NCBI RefSeq assembly: GCF_963921235.1
Contig: NC_086097.1
Coordinates: 204,912,001 to 204,976,000, forward strand
Source of the DNA: Mobula hypostoma
Lineage: Eukaryota
DNA length: 64,000 bases
Direction: 5' to 3'
A program made the position numbers and the translations under genes. Every line of letters begins with the position of its first letter. Positions within the stretch are counted from its first letter, which is position 1. The notes below the pieces were generated by a model. It was given only the letters and a program-made list of their open reading frames with translations. It did not search any database and was not told where the DNA came from. This document shows positions 24,898 to 38,471 of this stretch, in pieces.

Positions 24898-25540
24898 ATT
24901 ATGATTATGAGGACACGCAGTCCCCTTTTATTGTCATTTAGTAATGCATGCATTAAGAAATGATAAACTGTTTTTCCAGAATGATATCACAAAAAACTCA
25001 TGACAAACCGACTTAAAAACTAACAAAAACCAAATTATTATAACATATAGTTACAACAGTACAAAGCAATACCGTAATTTGATAAGAACAGACCATGGCA
25101 CAGTAAAAGTCTCGTCTCTCGAAAGTCCCATCATCTCACGCAGACGTAAACCTCCAGCGCCGCCAACTTGCCGGTGCAGCATCCTGGAAGCATCCAACCA
25201 CAGTCTGACTCTGAGTCCATCCGAAAAACTCCTAGCCTCCGACCACCTATTCGACACTGAGCACTGAGCACCATCTCTGCCGAGCGCTTTGACCCTGGCC
25301 CCGGCAACAGGCGATACACAAAGCCGAGGATTTGGGGCCTTCATCTCCGGAGATTCACGATCGCACAGTAGCAGCGGCAGCAAAGCAGTAATTTCAGAAG
25401 TTACTCCGGATATTCCTCTGCGCTTCTCATGGCTGTCTCCGTCGAATCCATCTGTGCACGGCCTCTAGTTACACATAATCGATGTTCACTCAGAATGGCC
25501 ACACGTGCTGCGTGCGCCGTCATCTTCTCATCCCTCCTCC
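24898..25540 (-). mobile_element. CpG-rich non-coding retroposon-like insertion (possible non-autonomous LINE derivative)
   Basis: The minus strand starts with gagaagatgacggcgcacgcagc and ends with gacaataaaaagggg..(cataat)n; CpG is retained relative to the flanks. Confidence 0.5.
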
Positions 25541-25642
25541 TAGTTGTAAAAACACATTAAGCATTTTGTTGAGGGGGTCTACAAGATTTCATGAACGTCT
25601 GCCAAATCATTGGTTATTCCCTTTCTTTGCCTTCAACCACAG

Positions 25643-27632
25643 TATAAAAATAAAAGAAAAGAAGTATAGCATAGCTAAGACGAGTGGGAAGCCAGAAGAT
25701 TGGGAAACTTTTAAAGAGCAACAGAAGGTAACTAAAAAGGCATTGCGCGGAGAAAAAAATAAGGTACAAAGGTAAACTAGCCAAGAATATAAAGGAGGAT
25801 AGTAAAAGCTTCTTTAGGTATGTGTAAAGGAAAAAAATAATTAAACCAAAATTGGGCCCTTGAAAACAGAAGCGGGTGAATTTAATATGGGGAACAAGGA
25901 AATGGCAGACAAGTTGAACAGGTACTTTGGATCTGTCTTCACTAGGGAAGACACAAACAGTCTTCCAGATATAATAGTGGCCAAAGGACCTAGGGTAATG
26001 GATGAATTGAAGGAAATTTATATTAGGCAGGAAATGGTGTTGGATAGGCTGTTGGCTCTGAAGGCTGATAAGTCCTCGGGACCTGATGGTCTGCATCCCA
26101 GGGTACTTAAGGAGGTGGCTTTAGAAATCGTGGATGCATTGGTAATCATTTTCCAATGTTCTATAGATTCAGGATCAGTTCCTGTGGATTGGAGGGTGGC
26201 TAATGTTGTCACTCTCTTCAAGAAGGGAGGAAGAGAGAAAACAGGGAATTATAGACCGGTTAGCCTGACGTCGGTGGTGGGAAAGATGCTGGAGTCAATT
26301 ATAAAAATGAAATTACGACACATCTGGATAGCAGTAACAGGATCAGTCCGAGTCAGCATGGATTTACGAAGGGGAAATTGTGCTTGACTAATCTTCTAGA
26401 ATTTTTTGAGGATGTAACTATGAAAATGGACAAGGGAGAGCCAGTGGATGTAGTGTCTTTGATAAAGTCCCACATAGGAGATTAGTGGGCAAAATTAGGG
26501 CACATGGTATTGGGGGCAGATTACTGATATGGATTGAAAATTGGCTGGTTGACAGAAAACAAAGAGTAGCGACTAACGGGTCCCTTTCGGAATGGCAGGC
26601 GGTGACCAGTGGGGTACCGCAGGGTTCAGTGCTGTGACCGCAGCTGTTTACAATATACGTTAATGATTTAGATGAGGGAATTAAAAGTAACATTAGCAAA
26701 TTTGCTGATGACACAAAGCTGGGTGGTAGTGTGAAATGTGAGGAGGATGTTATGAGAATGTGGAGTGACTTGGACAGGCTGGATGAGTGGGAAGATGCAT
26801 GGCAGATGCAGTTTAATGTGGATAAATGTGGGATTATCCACTTTGGTGGTAAGAACAGGAAGGCAGATTATTATATAAATGGAGTCAAGTTAGGAAAAGG
26901 GGAAGCACAACGAGATCTAGGTGTTCTTGTACATCCGTCACTGAAAGCAAGCATGCAAGTACAGCAGGCAGTGAAGAAAGCTAATGGCATGCTGGCCTTC
27001 ATAACAAGGGGAATTAAGTATAAGGCAAAGAGGTCCTTCTGCAGTTGTACAGGGCCCTGGTGAGACCACACCTGGAGTACTGTGTGCAGTTTTGGTCTTC
27101 AAATTTGAGGAAGGACATTCTTGCTATTGAGGAAGTGCAGCGTAGTTTCACAAGGTTAATTCCTGGGATGGTGGGGCTGTCATATGTCGAAAGATTGGAG
27201 TGACTGGGCTTGTATACTCTAGAATTTAGAAGGCTGAGAGGGGATCTTATTGAAACATATAAGATTATTAAGGGATTGGACACTCTGGAGGCAGGAAGCA
27301 TGTTCCCGCTGATAGGTGAGTCCAGAACCAGAGGAGACGGTTTAAGAATAAGGGGTAGGCCATTTAGAACGGAGTTGAGGAAAAGCTTTTTCACCCAGAG
27401 AGTGGTGGATATATGGAATTCTCTGCCCCAGAAGGCTGTGGAGGCCAAGTCTCTGGATGCTTTCAAGAAAGAGATGGATAGAGCTCTTAAAGATAGCGGA
27501 ATCAAAGGTTATGGGGATAAGGCAGGAACTGGATACTGATTGTGGATGATCAGCCATAATCACAGTGAATGGTGGTGCTGGCTCGAAGGGCCGAATGGCC
27601 TACTCCTGCACCTGTTGTCTGTTGTCTATTGT
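25643..27632 (+). mobile_element. CR1 LINE, ~2 kb, 5'-truncated and frameshifted
   Basis: KSSGPDGLHPRVLKE..WRVANV..NYRPVSLTS..QHGF..GVPQGS..YVNDLD..KFADDTK..RPHLEYCVQFWS; 3' UTR ggccgaatggcctactcctgcacc. Confidence 0.92.
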
Positions 27633-29657
27633 CACAGTAGATACATGATATTCAGTATTGCTTCTTGGTGGTTATTGAAAAAATGTCGGTATTGCCTATT
27701 CAAAAGATTCTTTGGAATTAGTTTCGAACAATTTATACATTTAGCAATGCACAAAGTTCCACTGGGAATCTATTGACTTGAAGCAGAAATCTGAATGAAG
27801 GTACTGGATTCCAATATAACATTATTTATTCATAAGTGCTCTCTTCAAGAATGCAAACATGTATGCTTGCAGTAACAATTGGTTTAATTATTTACTTTCA
27901 GATCTGGTTCTGAATTTGCAGTGCGTATTTGCTGTGCACCAAAATTCCTTCATCTTAACCTTCGATACCTTGCTCCCTGTATTATAGCAGCAAATATGAA
28001 GCTTTCCTGGACATGAAATGATTTATTCTGTTGTTCCTCTTTTACGTTACCCTTCGTCCATTGAGTCAAACTTCCTAATACATTCTCATGCCCGAACCCT
28101 GAGCTCAAATCTTTTCCTGGTTTCTCACCCTTCTCATCTTATCCTTCTTTGATGTTCCACTCAAATCCAGGAACTCTATAGCAATCCACTCTAATGCTAT
28201 AAGATTCTCAACTCCTCAGACAATGCTGTTGCAATGTGTTGGACAGTAACCTGTCACTTCTAAAACTTAAGTTTGAGCTTAACTGAAATTTATGGGCTTA
28301 TTTCTTCACTTGTATGTTGTTTGTAAAGATCTTTTTAAGTCATTGGCATACAGGTTTCCATGAAAAATAAAATATGTATACCTGTAATATGTGTGTGTAT
28401 TGGATCAGTGGTATTTTGTTTTTGAGCTTTGCATTGCTGATGCTGAACTTAATCTAGTCAGAGTATTTGCAAGGAGCTTGAGTGCATTGACTCCTATATT
28501 TTTTAATTGAAATGTACCACAGATTGAAAGGCATTTTTTAAAAATCTTATTTCATGTTCTGATAAAGTAGAATATATCATGCTGGGAAAGTGGTCTTGTC
28601 AACTTATGTTATGAATCACCACCTGGGGAGCCATACTGTGGCTTCTTCAAGTATGGACATTTAGGTGCAGTAAGGTTTAGAAGTGGTAGCTGTGGCATTC
28701 TTTATATTCCTATTTTCATTGGATTTCTTTTATGCGTTTATACACTTTAGACAGAGACGCATTTTAATGCCAGATGGGTTGGGTGTACTGATCACCAGGT
28801 AAGATTCTTAAAGTAGAGCCCTGGGCCAATTAAAGGTATTTTAAAGGTATGCCAAGGTATTTTAATTTCAGATCTTTATTTCTTTGCATTGACACCTCTC
28901 TGTCAAGACTATATAAATGCATTTAAAAAAAAATCAAAATGTCTATCAAAATCTAGTATTATATCGTATTGCAATGTAGTAGCCTCGTGGAGAATTTGAA
29001 TCAAATTAGAATTAAAAATGAATAAAAGACAACTTATGTAATTATCCTTTCTGCATGAAAAGATCACTTCAAAAGGGGACAATAATGTTTCCTGTCCAGG
29101 TTGCAGCCACTCAGAAGATGTACTTAAAGGACATGTTAAAAGTTAAGGGAAGTATGTGTAAGCATTAAAAAATATCAAAATATAGCAAAATGAAGTAGAT
29201 TTAAATAACGTTTTCAACAACATAATCATGGAATTATGAGCTAGCTGTCATCTCTATCTGAAACCAGAGGCCTTGTAACAATCCCATGTATTTTACCATT
29301 CACTAACAGTCCTCACACAACAGAGTTGAATAATAATAATAGATTTTATCATCTAGTCAGAACCATCTGATACCATTGTCATGGGAATTATGGTCTCGCT
29401 AACTCAATTTTAATTAATATTTCATCAGGAGTGACAAAGGGGTTCAACACATGTTGACATAATTTGAAATCTCATGCTATTATGTCAGTAGAGAGGACCT
29501 ATTGCCATATTAAAGATTTCTTTTATAATAGCTTCCTCTTTTAAATGTATTTCACACAAACTTTAAAAAACAGAACATCTCAAAGAAAAGGTATGGTTAA
29601 TTTGCAAAGAAAAAAATACATTCCAAGGCTTGACAATAAAGTACTCAGTATGAGACC

Positions 29658-29912
29658 CGGCTGGTGGTGTAGTGGCATCAGTGCCGGACTTCGGGACGAT
29701 AGGTCCTGAGTTCGAATCCAGCCGGCTCCCCTGCACATTTTCCATCCATGCTGGGTTATGAGCTGGTGATTTCTTTGGAAACTCACCTGGCAGATAACAA
29801 TGGCAAACCGCTGCTGTAACTTGCCTTGTACGCGGTTCCCCATTACCTCAGAGAGGCGTGGAGGGAAATTGTCCGCTAACTGGGGAAACTCTGGATGCGA
29901 CATACCTTTCCT
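29658..29912 (+). mobile_element. tRNA(Pro-like)-derived SINE with an RTE-type motif
   Basis: A box tggtgtagtgg, B box gagttcgaatcc, head resembling tRNA-Pro (ttcggg..aggtcc); internal aatggcaaacc; acctttccttt tail. Confidence 0.7.
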
Positions 29913-30549
29913 TTTATTTTGCCTATATGGAGAAAAAACAGCATTTATTGACTGTACTAATTCTGAATCTCCTTGGTTTCTTTAACAGATCAAAATATTG
30001 GAGGCAGGAGATAAAGTGATGGTGTTGTAGGGAAACCCTGGCATTCATTTAGTTCTAGATAAGTTGCTATGTATCTGCATGGACTTGCTGTAACTCTGGG
30101 ATGTGTTGAGTGATAGATAATGGCACCATTGCAATTTGAGTTTGACACTGAACACCACTTAGTCCATCAGTGGACCTGATCATGGGGAAAGTCATTAGCA
30201 TCATCCCGTGGAATCTGCTGCTCCCATCCAAATCAGTCAGATTCTGGTCTAGCATTGGAGTACTCATACATTGGAATAGAGCTTCAGATCTTGGAGATTC
30301 AGAGGTAAAGAGAAAGTTATTTATATTTAAACTTACTTTATCTTCTTTTAACATTTATAACTTTTCCTTTATCCTTAATGCTTTCATTATTCCAAGGTGC
30401 CACAGTAGCATAGCTACTATGACAGCTCTGGGCATTTGGAGTTCATTTCCTGTGCAGTCTGTAAGGAGTTTGTATGATCTCCCCGTAACTGTGTTGGAAA
30501 TTGATGGTTTTGATCCGAGGTTCTTCAGAAGTGACAAATGATGCTTGAG

Positions 30550-31426
30550 CAACACACATAAAAGTTGCTGGTGAATGCAGAAGGCCAGGCAGCATCTCTA
30601 GGAAGAGGTACAGTCGACGTTTCGGGCCGAGACCCTTCGTCAGGACTAACTGAAAGAAGAGCTAGTAAGAGATTTGAAAGTGGGAGGGGGAGGGGGAGAT
30701 CCAAAATGATAGGAGAAGACAGGAGGGGGAGGGATGGAGCCAAAAGCTGCACAGGTGATTGGCAAAAGGGATAGGAGAGGATTAAGGGACAGGAGGCCTA
30801 GGGAGAAAGAAAAGGGGGAGGGGGGAAAAAAGCCCAGAGGATGGGCAAGGGGTATACTGAGAGGGACAGAGGGAGAAAAAGGAGAGAGAGAGAAAAAGAG
30901 TGTGTGTATATAAATAAATAACGGATGGGGTACGAGGGGGAGGTGGGGCCTAGCGGAAGTTAGAGAAGTCAATGTTCATGCCATCAGGTTGGAGGCTACC
31001 CAGACGGAATATAAGGTGTTGTTCCTCCAACCTGAGTGTGGCTTCATCTTTACCGTAGAGGAGGCCGTGGATAGACATGTCAGAATGGGAATGGGACGTG
31101 GAATTAAAATGTGTGGCCACTGGGAGATCCTGCTGTCTCTGGCGGACAGAGCGTAGGTGTTCAGCGAAACAATCTCCCAGTCTGCGTCGGGTCTCGCCAA
31201 TATACAGAAGGCTGCATCGGGGGCACCAGATGCAGTACATCACCCCAGCCGACTCACAGGTGAAGTGTCGCCTCACCTGGAAGGACTGTCTGGGGCCATG
31301 AGTGCTGGTGAGGGAGGAAGTGTAAGGGCATGTGTAGCACTTGTTCCGCTTACAAGGATAAGTGCTTGGAGGGAGATTGGTAGGGAGGGATGGGGGGGAC
31401 AAATGGACAGGGGAGTCGCATAGGTG
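30550..31426 (-). mobile_element. Penelope-like element 3' part (GIY-YIG and pseudo-LTR with an intact HHR)
   Basis: ORF 30950-31444 GVMYCIWCPRCSLLYIGETRRRL; 13-bp TSD aatgatgcttgag at 30537-30549 and 31427-31439. Confidence 0.9.
30612..30647 (-). ncRNA. Minimal type I hammerhead ribozyme motif (intact core)
   Basis: Minus strand: agtc-CTGACGA-a-gggt(ctcg)gccc-GAAA-CG-TC-gact. Confidence 0.8.
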
Positions 31427-31709
31427 AATGATGCTTGAGATCATTTATTAGCATTACAAGAACAAAGAAGTTGGAGACAGGAAGGTGTGAAGCATGACAG
31501 AGAGTAGGGGTGTGTGTGTGAGGGGGGCGGGAGGGGGAGAACAAAGGGATAAAAGTACAACCCAATGTGGTCTCCTCTTCTACCAGTTTGATAATTCAAT
31601 TGAATTTCCATAGATAACAGACATTCCGTTCAAATTCTATGACTTGAATCAACTAATAAGAGAGTCCCCATTGTGATACCCGCAATTGTTACAAAATTAA
31701 ATGCAACTA

Positions 31710-32746
31710 CAGGTCGACCTTCACTAATCCGGCACCATTGGGGCCTGAGGAGTGTTGGATTAGTGAAAATGCTGAATTACAGTGTTATGTACCCCGTAAC
31801 TGGGTTGCCAAACCAGCAGAAATGGATCACTCAGTTGGAGTCTGGATTACTGGAACTAAGAAAGTTTTATTAAAGAAATAAGCAACACAGTACTCTAATA
31901 GTAAGGATATAAATGCAACAGGTTAGCACTGAATAAACACACATGTACACAGAACTAGGATAATAGGATCAATCAAGCTCTATCGCAGTCTGGGGTAAAA
32001 TGTTCAATCACAAGTGACAGAGTTCAGTTTAGTTCAGTTCGCAGAAATCGTTGTTGTGCCGTTGGAGAGAGAGAGAGAGCGAATGCTGATATTCAAAATC
32101 AGATTCAACAGACCTTTGATATTTCTCGCAGTTAGCTTTCGGGCGAGCCCTTTGTAATGTCTTCTGAGGTTACTGACTGTGACCCCTCCGTTTCAGATAC
32201 GATCGTTCCTCTGCGGTGAACCCGGCACCCAGGCAAGGGTGGACACACACACCAGGTTCCCACCGACCGTATCTTTCCACCCTGTGCGTCTATGGCTGGT
32301 CCCGTGAACAGCCCTCCAAAACTCCCACCGACTTGTGGGGGCGCACCGCTTCCAGGGTCTTGATACCTCTTGGTGTCGTGAGTGGTGTCTCGTGTGGTGT
32401 CTGTTGCCTTAGCGAACCCGTCCCTGTTTTATTGCCTGTCCATCACTTCAAACAGTTCAGGTTCAAAGCAAACCAGCCTTGACAATACCCAGACCGGTGT
32501 CTCCTTCCGTTAATCTCTCTCGTCTCTTTATTAACATTTTCAAATGCTGCTCCATTGTCTTACTTATCTCTCTCCTGAAGACAGGTGGCAGATCAACTGT
32601 TGATCCCACTGGTGATAGCACAGGACAGTCAACATCTTAGTCTATGTGTACTTTCGTCACAACAGAAGGATCACATTATGCATAATCAGTGCCGGATTAT
32701 TGAAGGAACAAGATTACAGGTAGTCGGATTAGTGAAGGTCGACCTG
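31710..32746. mobile_element. Tc1/mariner-pogo-type MITE (~154 bp once the nested LTR is removed)
   Basis: Perfect 22-bp TIR CAGGTCGACCTTCACTAATCCG at 31710-31731 and 32725-32746, with TA on both sides. Confidence 0.88.
31783..32661 (-). mobile_element. Solo LTR (Gypsy-like), 879 bp
   Basis: TGT...ACA termini; 4-bp TSD acag at 31779-31782 and 32662-32665; AATAAA on the minus strand near 31865. Confidence 0.8.
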
Positions 32747-33139
32747 TATTAGAAAACACATTAAACAATTACATGTACATGGGAAGTTATATAAAAGTAC
32801 AAACAGGCATAAGAAAGTTGAACTACAAAGAAAAAAAAACAATTATACAGTTCAATCCAACATACAGGTGGGTTTTTTTCTGGGTGCTTTGGTTTCCTCC
32901 CGTAGTCTCAAGACACACCAGTTATTAGGTTAATTGGACATTGTAAATAGTTCTGTGATTAAAAGGTGGTCTGCTGGGCGATATGGCTCTTTGACCCAGG
33001 AAGGCTTGTTCTGCACTTTATCACTTAATTCAGTAAATAAATTATCTTTTTGAAAAATAATTATTATTTTTAATTACTTGAAGCAATTTAAATAATGTTT
33101 AAAACACTCTGAACCAAGAAACTATGAGCCAGTCTGCAT

Positions 33140-33830
33140 TGCAGGTATAGAGATAGAGAGGGTCAGCAACTTTAAATTCCTCAGCATTATCCTTTCGGAG
33201 GACCTGGCCTCGGTCCAGTATGTAATTGCCATTACAAAGAAAGTGCGATAGTACGTCTACATTCTTAGAAGTTTGTGAAGATTCATTCAGCATGACGTCT
33301 CTAACTTTGACAAACCTTTAAAGATGTGCAGCGGAGATTATACTGACTGGTTGTGTCATGGAAACACCTACGCTGTTGAATGAAAAGGCCTACAAAAAGT
33401 AGTGGAGACAGTCCAATCTACCACAGGTAAAGCCCTCCCAACCACGTCTGCAAGGAGCCTTGTTGCAGGAAGGCAGCATCCATCACCAAGGACCCTTGTC
33501 CCCCATTCAGGCCATGGTCTCTTCGTGCAGCTGCCATCACAAGTGGGAAGTACAGCAGCCTCAGGACACGCACCGCCAGGTTCAGGAACAGTTATTACTC
33601 CTCAGCCAGCAGGCTACTGAACCAGAGGAGATAACTTCATTCAGTTTTATTCATCCCAACACTGAACTGTTCCCATAAGCTAAGGATTCACCTTCAAGGA
33701 CTCTTCATCTGATGCTCTTGATATTTATAGTTTATTTACTATTATTATTTTGTTTGTTTTTTTGTATTTGCACAGTTTGTTTCCTATTGCACATTGGTTG
33801 TTTGACTATTTTGTTGTGTATGATTTTTTG
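33140..33830 (+). mobile_element. Decayed Rex1/Babar 3' fragment
   Basis: ERVSNFKFL..SEDL and caggttcaggaacagttatt motifs. Confidence 0.7.
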
Positions 33831-33837
33831 GTTGACT

Positions 33838-34078
33838 TATATTTATTTATTTATTGAGGTACAGTGCGGAAAGGGCCCTTCCTGCCCTTTGAGCCACATC
33901 GCCCAGTAAACCCCCAAGTTAACCCTAGCCCAGTCATGGGACACTTTACAATAACCAATTAACCTACCAGCTGGTATGTCTTTGGACTGTGAGAGGAAAC
34001 CCGAGCACCCTGAGGATGTACAAACCCAGGTCACCTGTACTATAAAGCATTGTGCTAACCACTACGCTACCGTGCTTC
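33838..34078 (-). mobile_element. V-SINE/HE1-like SINE
   Basis: The reverse complement is similar to 3393-3655, including the (taaa)n tail. Confidence 0.7.
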
Positions 34079-36344
34079 CCCAATTGTGTTCCTTTGTACT
34101 TATTGTAAATGCCTATAAGAAAACGAATCTCAGGGTTGTATATGGTGACATATATATACTTTAATAAGAAATTTAACTTGACAGTTGAGATTAGGACTGT
34201 GTAGCTGGTCCAGATAAACGAATGGGAAACAAAGCAATGGGAAACATGATGTAGTTTAATTAATATTTAGTATTGTTATGCAGCATAAAGTTGTATTAAC
34301 TGATAGAACTAAGTTATCTAATACTAACTTTCTTAAAACAGAAAAATAAAAACCTCAAAGCAAGCTTCATTAATTTGGTGCTAAGGTAATTGACAGAAAC
34401 CCTTAGGGTGGAAAAAGGGTTATGCAAAGGAAACATTTGGAGTCACAAAATGGTTTTACTGCTCTGGCCTTATGTTTGCTGCTCTTCATGTAATAATCCT
34501 TTATTCGATTGATGTAAGCGAGGGAGAATTTTGCCAAGACTAAGTCTGGTTTGCTGAGTGTTTCCAGAATTTTTGAGTTATTTCAGATTTGCAGCATTTG
34601 TAATTCTTTTTTAAACAAAGCTGTGGAATGTCAGACCTGCCACTGGAAGTAAAACCACAAGGAGAATACTGTAAGTGTTCAGTATATCATGTGGAGTCTG
34701 TACAGAGGGTAAAACGAAGTTGTATCTCAAATGGTTGACCTTGCATCCTGATGCATGTTATTAACCCAAAACATCAAACATCCCTTTGCCTTCTCAGATG
34801 TCGGTTGACGAGTTAACCCGTTATTTTATTTGTTATTTATGCAGTTTTATGTTATTTATTATGTTATTTTAGCAGTTTTTTTAAAGAGCAAGACAAGCCA
34901 ATTCAGAACAAAAACAACTGAGTTACCTGAACCTAGTATCAAACCCTGACAAGTCGTGAAGACTTCAGTGTGCCCAAATGGAAGATGACATGCTGTTCCT
35001 CAACCAACATTGTTGGACCTGTGCAAAAGCTTACAAATAGCTGGGTCAGTAAGGTTGTGGTATGGACATTTAACATGGTTGGCAATTCTGAGATTATCCT
35101 AGTGGAGATATTCCCGATGTCCTTTCCATTCTACTGCCACACTTGTATAATTTAAGTTAACTTGCTTTCTCTCTTTTCATGTTCTCCTGAAAGGTCTTCA
35201 ACTTGAAACATTAATCCCATATCTCTTGTAACATGTTTTATAATGTCAGCAATATTGATTTTGAGATCTTTGATACCATTTTGAGCCTAGACCTCCTTAC
35301 TTGCAATTCTTCCACAGAAGTGCAGTCTGGATGATCTTAAACTGGCCATAAGCTCTGCAGTTGATTGTTTGGCTCTCTGTAAATTTTATATATGACTTTT
35401 GCAACAACTTTGAGACGGAGATCTATAGCTGTTTGATGCATTCAGTATTATATGATGCAAATAATTTTAAAAATCCTAATTCTGTTGCAGAAGAGCAATG
35501 AAAAATTAAGTTAGCAATTTGTGTGGCTCATTTTTGGCTTATTGTGTCACATTACATCCAACCTGTTGTAATACTTCAACTCCTCTGCGATTCCAACCTC
35601 AGGAAAAAGAAACAGAAAATTGATCCTTGTATTATCATCAGCACCTGATTACATATTTGGAGTTGGGTTTTTAATAATGCATTCAATGATTGTTTATTGC
35701 TAACCAGTCTGTTTGCATATTGCCCATCCGTAATCATCCTTAATCTGTACAGTTTGCCGGGGTATTTCAGAAGTAAGTTGAGAGCCAATTACATTATTAT
35801 GGTTCTGGAGTCAGGTGCAGGCAAAAGGAGGTAAAGGCACCTTATTTTCTTCCCTGAAAGATAAGATAGAAGCATTTGGATTCTTTCCTGTCTTTTCAGG
35901 AGTTTCATGGGTCATTTTCAGAGACCTGATTTTATTGTTATTATTTCAGATTTATTTTAATAACTGAATTAACTCCCCAGCTACAGTTGTAGGGTAACAA
36001 CCTGCTTCTCTGGTTCAGTAGTCCAGACCCCTGTATCACAAATACAGTGGTTTAATCAGCATGCAGGAATACACTGTATGTATCTTTGAGACACAATAGA
36101 CTGTAGCTGCTGGATTCTGGACTATACACAAAGATTCAAGGGGAACTCAGCAAGTAAGTCAATATCTATGGAGGGAAATTGACAGTTGATGTCTTTGGGT
36201 CAGAACAGGTGAAATGTAGGAAGAACAGGGTAGATTGGGAGGAGAGATCAAGGGGAAAAGGAGTGCAATATAGCGGAGGTTGGAGAATTCAGTTTTCATA
36301 CAGTCTACCCAAGCGAGTTTATGAAGTGCATTTAACCTCACCCC

Positions 36345-37820
36345 AGCAAAGTTCAAAGTCAATTTATTAGCCAAGTGTATACATGTTGCCATATATAACC
36401 CTGAGATCAATTTTCCTCTGAGTATACACAGCAGATCCGAGAAACACAATAGAATTATTGAAACGCCACATCCACCAGGATGGACCGACAGCCAATGCGC
36501 AAGGACAACAAACGGTGCAACAATGAAAGACAAAAAAAATAGGCAATAAATATGGAGAACATAAGATGAGGCCTTAAATCGGTAGTGACAACAGTTCAGT
36601 GACAAAGTGAGTGAAATTATCCCCTCTGGTTCAAGAGTCTGATGGTTGAGGGTATTAGCTGTTCGTGAACCTGGTAATGTGTGTCATGAGGCTCTCGTAC
36701 CATCTTCCTGATGGCAGCAGCAAAAACAGAGGATGGCTTGGGTGGTGGGGGTCCTGTTGGTGGGTGCAGCTTTCTTGCAACAGTGCTCATGTAGATGTTC
36801 TCACTGGTGGGAAGGGATCCTACGATGCCGTGGGCCCATATCTACCACCTTTTATGTGATTTTCTCTTCAAGGACATTTGTGTTTCCATACCAGGCCGTG
36901 ATATAATCAGTCAAGATGCAATTCTCCTGCTCACATCTATAGAAGTTTGTTAAAGTTTTGAATTCATGCAGAATATCTACAAACCTCTAAGAAAGTAGAG
37001 GCACTGCCGTGATTTATGATTGCACGAAGTGTGTTGGGTCCAGGACAGATCCTCTGAAATGATAAGACCGGGGAACTTGGAGCTGTCCCTCTCCAACTCT
37101 GATCCCCTGTTGAGAACTGACTCATGGACCTCCTGTTTCCGTCTCCTGAAGTCAATAATCAGCTCCTTGGTCTTGCTGATATTGAGACAGAGGTTGCTGT
37201 TAGACAGCACTCAGCCAGATCTTCAATCTCCCTCCTATATGCTGATTCATCACCACCTTTGTTTTGGCCAATAATAGTGATAACTTAAATATGTTATCAG
37301 AGCTGTCCCACAATCTCAAGTATAAAGTGAGTAGAGCAGGGGGCTACTCACACAGCCTTTTGGTGAACTTGTGATGATGGAGGTTGTAGAGAGGATGTAG
37401 TTGCTAATCTGAACTACCTGCGGTCTGCAGGGGAGGAAATTGAGGATCTAATTGCACAAGGAGCTATTAAAGCCAATGCTTTGAAGCTTATTCATTAGTA
37501 TTGAGGAATAATGTCGTTGAATGCCCAGCTAAGTCAATGAAAAACATTCTGATATATGCATCTTTGCTAATGAGGTGTTTCAGGGTTGAGCGAAGAGCCA
37601 GTGAGATGGTATCTGCTGTGGACCTGCTGTGCCCATAGGCAAATTGGTGCTTCTTAGGCAGCAGCTTATGTTTCTTCACCAACCTCTCAAAGAACTTCAT
37701 CACAGATCAGTGCTACTGATGATAGTCACTGAGGCAGATTAACACGTTTCTCTTAGGCACTGGTATAATTGAAGCCTGCTTGAAGCAGGCAACTACCTCA
37801 GACTGCCAAAGTGAGAGGTT
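36345..37820 (-). mobile_element. Decayed Rex1/Babar RT fragment
   Basis: MKFFERLVK..QFAY..RSTAD.I..YIRMFFID; NLCLNISKTKELIIDFRR. Confidence 0.8.
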
Positions 37821-38374
37821 AGCACTGGAGAAGCTCCCACACTAGCATGTGTGGGAGTTGGGAGAAGAACATAAAAATAGCTGGCTAGTGGGAGCTCCAG
37901 ATGACCTTCCAGTAAACTGCTCCTGCGCCCCCCCCGCCGTTTCTTTTCACATTCTTCCTATTCTACATATTTCTTCCTACATTCCATCTTCCCGTCACCC
38001 ACACACTCCACCCATTGGTTTGCTCCCTCTGCCACTGCTCTGATCTGCTCTTCCCCACCTTCCTCTCCTATTAGATTCATTCATATTCAGCCCCACCTAT
38101 CACTTTGCGAATTCTGTCACTATTTCTACCATCTGCTTATCACCCCTCACCTCCTGAATCCAGCTATCATTTGTTTGCTCTTACTCCACCCTTAATTGCC
38201 TTTTTCTACTGACTCTCTGCCCTCGATCTTTTAGACCATATAAAGGTTGAAAGATTGGCTGTCCATTTCCCTCCATAAGTACACTCTACCCTGCTGAGTT
38301 TTTCCAGCATCCTATTGTAGCTATATATAACTTTCTCACTAAAAAAAGATCAGTTTAAAATGAGGACATGATAA

Positions 38375-38425
<51 letters not shown>

Positions 38426-38471
38426 GACACACACACACACACACATATATACATATTATACATATATATAT
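38375..38471. repeat. Compound microsatellite (GT)n(AT)n(AC)n
   Basis: Directly visible in the sequence. Confidence 0.95.

Noticed and set aside
4970..31565. Recurrent Pro/Ser/Leu-rich ORFs (for example ..PDEGSRPETSTVPLPRDAAW..)
   Set aside because: They are chance translations of the PLE pseudo-LTR; PDEGSRPETST is the hammerhead motif read as codons.
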